Shown: piece after piece, positions 58,201-64,000 of the stretch
Position numbering within the stretch: position 1 is the stretch's first letter
How the letters are laid out: each line of letters begins with the position of its first letter
NCBI RefSeq assembly: GCF_041146345.1
Contig: NW_027191411.1
Location: 1,426,001 to 1,490,000 of the forward strand
From: Neodothiora populina
Lineage: Eukaryota
Reading direction: 5' to 3'
DNA: 64,000 nt
The notes under the pieces: model-generated
What the model saw: only the letters and a program-made list of their open reading frames with translations
Told to the model about the DNA's origin: nothing
The model's database searches: none
Program-made: the position numbers and the translations under genes

Positions 58201-60764
58201 GCTGGTGCTGAGCTGGTGCTGGTGAAGGTGGTGACAAGGGTGGAGCGGTCTCGGCAACAGGAGTGACCCCAGCACTCTCCGTACTGACGCTTGTACTTGC
58301 GACGCTCTTCGCAGTGCCCAACCCACGCGGACCCAGACTTATCTGGCGTGGCATGGGCGCTCGCTTCCTGACTGCGGGTGTGGCTTGATTTGAGATACGA
58401 TCATGGGATTCCCGCACAGCTCGATCGCGCTTGTGAGGTGATGTGCCGGCTTTCCAGCCGCCGCCGCCACCGCCTCCATCACCACGAGGAGTGGTGTCAG
58501 AAGCGAAGGAACTTGATATCTCCTTTTGTCGTGTCTTGTTCGGAGACAGCCCCAGACTCGTCATGTTGTTCTGCGCAGCGTCGTGGTTCACATGTTCTAG
58601 GATAGTCTTCGTGGAAGTCTCTGGTTCATCAAACACATCTCGATCGTACTGGTTCATTGAATCTAGCAGATCCTTCGTATCATTTATGGCGGGGAGAGTG
58701 GCACCCTTTCGCCTAATGAGTTGCATGTGCGAATCGAGGTATGACTTTGAAGAACCGACGCTATCCGAGATCCGTGTCTCTTTCGGATGCGACCCAATCG
58801 TAGCGAGGCCTTTCGGTACCTCGTGCAATCTGTCAGGCAAGAGGGCGATTGCAATGTCGCTCATCTCGTTTTCCATCAATCCCATCATCTGAAGCTCATA
58901 CATACGACAGCTAGTCGTGAAAGGGCGCTTGATCTTTCTATCGGAGCCTTTTCGCCCATCAGCCAGGCCGTGCTGCGCTCGCACTTGGGCCTCATCAGCG
59001 TGTCCTGTCCAGAACGACACATCGATCCAGTGAGGTAGTGCATAGCTCCATTCAACACCAGACTCTACTTGTGTGCCAAAAGCAGGTTCTGCTCCGTTTT
59101 TTGATGGAAATTGTCCACCTTGCCGAAACGTAGCACCTGCGGCAGAATTGCGTGGGAGCACAGATTGTCTTGGTGTGCTTCCAGCGTGGAATGACATGGG
59201 ACCGTGATGGAAACCTGGTGGCGCATGAGGTACGCGAGGACTACGATACCTGAAGAGAGGAACTGAGTGCAAAGGCATACGCGCCAGGGAAACAAGATCA
59301 ACTCCGATGCCACTGCCAACAAGAACGTCTGTCGTGAGCTTGAGCATATTATAGTCGACCTCAAATACACCAGTGCCCGCGGTTATGATCGCGAGCGAGA
59401 TGCCTGTACGCACAAGGTCGCGGTCGATATAGTCTCTTGCAAACTGGGAAGAAGCTAGGTTGATGGCCTCCAATATATTGCCTCTTGCCGCCGTCGTCGG
59501 TTGACCTGCTATGACCGACTCCATCGTTGTTGTTGCTTTCACCCCGGCTATTGTTTCAGGCGGCCTGCCGTAGGTGTCATTGCCACCGACTATAGATACG
59601 TCGCGCAGGAATAGCAAGAATTCTCTCCTCAGCCTATAGAGGATATCGACCCATTTGCCGCTGTTCGCTTCAGTGGTGACCACACGGTAGTAGTCACGAA
59701 AATCCACGTCTTTGCCATGTATCCCATCCTCGTCATAGGTGTATTCCTCGTCATCGTGGTGGATCAAGGTTCCCTTGTCGTACTCCATTCTAGTGAAAAG
59801 TACAATACTCACCAGGTGGCGGACGCTCATTCTCTGCCATCTTTTGAAGAGGTCGGGTAGAAAACCGTTGATGACTTTGCTGAACATGATCTCGCCAGAG
59901 CCTTCGGCATCAAAATCCCACATTTCTCGGGACATTTGTATGTAGATAACGTACTTGGCCGACTCACTTCGAAAAATGGGCTTCGTATCCGAGGAGAAGT
60001 AAGCGGAGGAGATCCTTCTACCTGAGCTATAGATGTTCTTGATGGTAGCCTTGATAGATCCCATAAAGTGAATCCTCTGGCCTTTGAAAATTGACCTCTG
60101 GTTGAGCTCGGATACGGTCAAGCGCCACATATCTGCTCTCGAAAGATATTGGTCGCGAAAGACAATCTCCACATGAGAAGCCGTATGTAAGTCTTGTTCG
60201 ACCTAGATGCGGGAAACTGTTAGTTTGTAGACATAGGTATACTCAGTCTTTACCGAGTGGCAATACTCACTGGAACGACGACCACCTGCATATTATTACG
60301 GAAACCAAAAACCGATGCGGCTGACGAATTCACGGATATCTGGTTCTGATCAGCCCATATCCACATTATAACATCATAAAATATATCATTACCTGCACGC
60401 CACGCGACTTCCGTTTCGAATCAGTGCTTGGTTGCAATGGCTGAGCCACAAAAACCATAGACTTTGAGGTATCCGCATGAGAGTCAAGTCCTGACGGCTT
60501 CCTTGTATCATACTGCCGTTTCCGGCTCGATGACTTCGCGATATCATTTTCCCTGGACGACGGATTTGCAGTACTCGATGATATGTTTTGAAAGTCTTGT
60601 ACTGCGCTCGACGCCAGACGAGCTGCGAGCAGGTACAAAGAGCCTTGTTTCAGAGGAAGTTCTTCCGGGTCGTAAATCACTATGCCCTCGGGATGCTCGT
60701 CATCGTTGTGGACTGACAAAGTGCAATACAGTTGCGCTGGCTGGTCTTGCCCCTCATCTGGCAT
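55223..60764 (-). CDS. IML1: Vacuolar membrane protein Iml1/Sea1 (DEPDC5; SEACIT/GATOR1 GAP subunit), 3 exons
   Basis: Exons 60764-60393, 60339-60271, 60202-55223. Motifs ASHVEIVFRDQYLSRADMWR, IFRSESAKY...QMSREMWDFD, GNILEAINLA...RDLVRTG, KWKSLCCPAALPLT; DEP domain DRRWH...F.G...W...HHFRDGNYFYQ; LHYDRIHNPENCYH. Confidence 0.95.
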
Positions 60765-61500
60765 GATGGACAGATTGTGCCGTTACTGGCATCACTCAGC
60801 AACGTATAGGTAGCAATGATGGGATCATATATTCAAGTCAGACTCAACGTCCTGAATGATTGTCTAGGTAAAGTATACTGATATAAGCAGAAGCGTATTG
60901 TACCTGGTGCAGCGAATCTGCATGAGCACGCTGAGGTCCTTGCTCGCCTAAAGTGTGGTTCAGATTGTCCGGGGAAGCCATACGTCTTGGCATTTTGAGT
61001 TACGCAGGTGGGCCAGCGTCCCATCAATTCGCATCTAGAAGAACAGTGACTAAAGGTGAAGTGCCATCACTATGAACCTTGCTCTCGATGCCATTTGAGG
61101 CAGATATTAGTTCACGGATAAGACTTGTCTGAGGACTAGAGTAGACATCACGCCTATGTCGAGGCGTAATAGCATCTGCTTGCATTTACTGACTACATAC
61201 ATGACAGCAGCTATTCGCCGAGAAGTGCAAGCTATATTGTTTTCTTTCGAGATTGCATATTTGATTATCGTGCTCATGGAACGTATTTGATTAAGAACTT
61301 GCATCTACCTAAACAATTTGTTCGGTCTTGAAGGCTATGAAAAGGATCCGGTAAGATGCGTACGAAGAATAAGAGGGCAATTGCCCTGGGTATAATGCAT
61401 GATTGAATGAACGTGCAATGCGTCAAGCGAAAAATGAAGGACCGGTCTTGGTCTGCAGGCTGGTATCCTGAAGGTCGTAATAGGATGCAAGCAGATCGTA

Positions 61501-63322
61501 CTATTTGCTGCCGGAAAGCTCATGGTGGGTGGTACCTGTTGTCTCCTCTGTTGGTTCCCCTTCGATAGTCTGGCGCCAATGCTGCGGTAAGCAGACGCAG
61601 ACAAGTGGGAAGGCCTTGACCTCTCCATACTCCTCTGGACTGTTGGTGCGACTACTACTCATGCCGCTATCACGTTGTGATTTGTCGTCCCCTCGCCAAT
61701 CCTCGGCTTGGAGGCGCACTCTGACGCCAGTCGCCCAACCGTCATCCCAGATTCCCAACACTTTGAGCATGTCGCCACGCTCGAGCTCGAATTCATCTCT
61801 AGCGCGCGGTTGGTAAGCCCAAAGCGTAGAGACAAGATCGTGGGGGCGGATCTCGTCTTGCGAGTAGTAGTCTTTGAAGAAGTCGAGCTGCTCAGACTGT
61901 GTAGTTTCGGGGGACGATAGCGCATCGCCAGGAGATGAGTCGCCGCCTCCGCCCATTGCGAGCATCGAGTTACTAGACAGCGAGCCACTTCGTCCTCTCG
62001 GAGGAGGCTCAACTGCAAGGTATGAACGGGGTGACGCTTCGTCGGATGACGAATTTGCCTCGGACAATTGTCTACGGCTATAGTCCGTTGCACCTTCCAG
62101 AGCAGACATTCGCGTGACGCGGCCTCCAGGAAGAACGTTGAGTTGGTCATTCTGGCTCCAAGCCCCATCGTTCCGCGAAGCCATTTCTGGCGGGCCTGGT
62201 TGACGAGCTTGAGATGGCTGATTGAAGACGCTGTTTGCTGGGCTTCTCTCTTGGCGTTTACGGAAGAAAACGCATCCAACGATCAACATGGCAAGAAGAA
62301 GAGAGGCACCAAGTATCGAGCCAACGACGATGCCCGCTATTTGACCACCAGTAAGGCCTCGGTTACGATTGACGGGTCCTGGACCAGTCGATGTTGCCGA
62401 CGAGGAAGACGAAGGTGGAGATGTAGACGACGTGAATAGAGGTACCAATGTCGATGTTGCGACGACAGGCAACACAACATTGTCGCAACGGGTCTCGGTG
62501 TTGGAGAAGACACAACAAGAGTCGGTGGCGTTCGGGGAGCTGGCAGCGCAGTAGGAGCATAGGGCTCCCATGTTCGAAGAGAAGCCGCAATTGTCCTGTT
62601 GATTTTCGAATCCATCGATACAGCTACCGCTCAGGGAGTCCGCAGGGAGAGCACAATTGGTGAAGTCCGCTCGTATCTGGCCAATGGCATTCTGGCCTGG
62701 GCGGCCGCAATAATTACTGGCGGAGATGCTTTCCTCACTTTCTGCATATTGAGCCTGTCAAACCATTAGCACCTACAGAATCGAGACAGAATCGTGAGAG
62801 CCTACGCAAGTATCTGCACACAACGGCCGCGTCGCGGAACCAGTCAGGCGGCACGGATCAATCGAGTTCTGCACAATAGCATTGCACAAGACGCTGGTCG
62901 TGTATCTTGCATAGTAATTGGTGGTATTCGAACCATCGTATGCGGAACAGCCGATGAGATTCCGATACCGGACTTGGGAATAGTCATTGGCTATGTATGT
63001 CTGTATTTGCTCGTCGAAAGACGCCGTATCTGTCACATTTGAGAGGAAGGGGCTGCACATGAGATTATCAGCTTCAAGGCCTTTGCGATATGGATTCTGG
63101 AAAGACGCACAATAGACCGGTCAACGTGCTGTCTGTGGAGATTGACGAAGCGTTGAACGCAGGACACTGAGAAGAGCCTGCTAACGATACGCAATTCTGG
63201 GCCATAGCAGTTGGTATAGCGGTCATAGCGAGTAAGGTTGTCCAACGGCGACGATTGCTACCCGTCCGGGTGGTCCTTTTGTTTGATGGACGAGACACCC
63301 TTGAGCTTGGCCAATGCCGCAT
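61501..63322 (-). CDS. Single-pass membrane protein: signal peptide, 16-Cys ectodomain, S/T stalk, TM, cytosolic SH3; 3 exons
   Basis: Exons ~63322-63111, ~63053-62806, ~62754-61501. WTTLLAMTAIPTAMAQNCVSL... signal; TM GQIAGIVVGSILGASLLLAMLIVGCVFFRKR; SH3 LWAYQPRARDEFELERGDMLKVLGIWDDGWATG...AFPLVCV. Confidence 0.88.
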
Positions 63323-64000
63323 TTGTCGGTCTCCATGCTCTTGACTACAAGGGTTGCGTAGATGTGTGATGTGTTCGCGCATTAATTGACCACAGAGCTC
63401 TGTGTCATTTCTAAGCGTATCCATGTGTGATGGAGCCAACACCACATCAAGCGATCTAGTGGACTCGGCGATAGTGGATTGAGTCCTTGGATATGTCTTC
63501 GTTTAATATACAAAATCGAATTATCGGGTCGTCCGGGTGTAGTTTATGCGATGTTGTGCGCCGTCCAATTTTCGAGGGAGCAGGCAGATTATGCGGTTAT
63601 TATTAGGTCAAGATAAAAGCATCAAAACGAAAAGAAGATCAGAAACAGGCAAGCAAGGCAAAGGAGCGTAAAGCAAGTGAGCCTTTCAATTGCCAGACAC
63701 CAACGAAATGGCGCACAGAATATGATTAAAAACAGTAGGCGCAAGGCACCGTCAAAAACTCAGACAACAATCGCGGTGAAGGATGAAGGCACGACCGGAT
63801 GGATTCCAATAGTACAGTACCTGACCTCAGACAGCCCATGCCATGCCATTCCATTGCTGGCTCATCTTTCTGGTACCAAGTCGAAAGGTAAATTTAGGGG
63901 TACTCTAAGCGAAGCCCGAACCCCGGCAGCAATCAAGAAGGATCAGTTATCAACTACAGTAGATCGACCTCTTTCGACTCTCTACCAGATATATGCATAC

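Noticed and set aside
1..64000. Transposons, CRISPR arrays, rRNA, TPP riboswitch, secondary-metabolite backbone genes
   Set aside because: No transposase/RT motifs, TIR/LTR pairs, spaced direct repeats, rRNA or TPP aptamer signatures, or PKS/NRPS domains seen.

Overview
Eukaryotic, intron-rich, gene-dense window from a filamentous ascomycete (Pezizomycotina; Eurotiomycetes/Chaetothyriales-like is my inference from gene content and GTRAGT/CTRAC/YAG intron signals). Manual splicing supports 21 protein-coding genes and one intron-containing tRNA-Ile(UAU). In order: Tbf1/TRF-like Myb protein (5'-partial), Bqt4-like KilA-N protein, Rho-GDI, thioredoxin, a 930-aa unknown, DHA2-type MFS pump, TAF10, mitochondrial RSM19 (absent from the ORF track), MRE11, a ~1,100-aa unknown, UMP1, a UBL3/MUB-like CaaX protein, DUF202, ERG8, a Ppr5-like PPR protein, an FMO + Seo1/Fen2-type MFS + TauD putative sulfur-scavenging cluster, tRNA-Ile, FNIP/Lst4-like, IML1/DEPDC5, and a Cys-rich single-pass SH3 protein. 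I saw no transposon, CRISPR array or rRNA. Best leads: (1) the unknown protein at 23421-27025 carries an N-terminal eIF4E-binding motif plus adjacent PABP-binding-like motifs, so it is a candidate undescribed translational regulator; (2) the thioredoxin appears dual-targeted (mitochondrial/cytosolic) via two in-frame ATGs; (3) two Rag-GTPase GAP components (FNIP/Lst4 and Iml1) are neighbours; (4) the three-gene sulfur cluster has repeated Cys3/MetR-like sites; (5) an orphan receptor-like SH3 protein. All family calls come from recognising motifs by eye; no database search was run.
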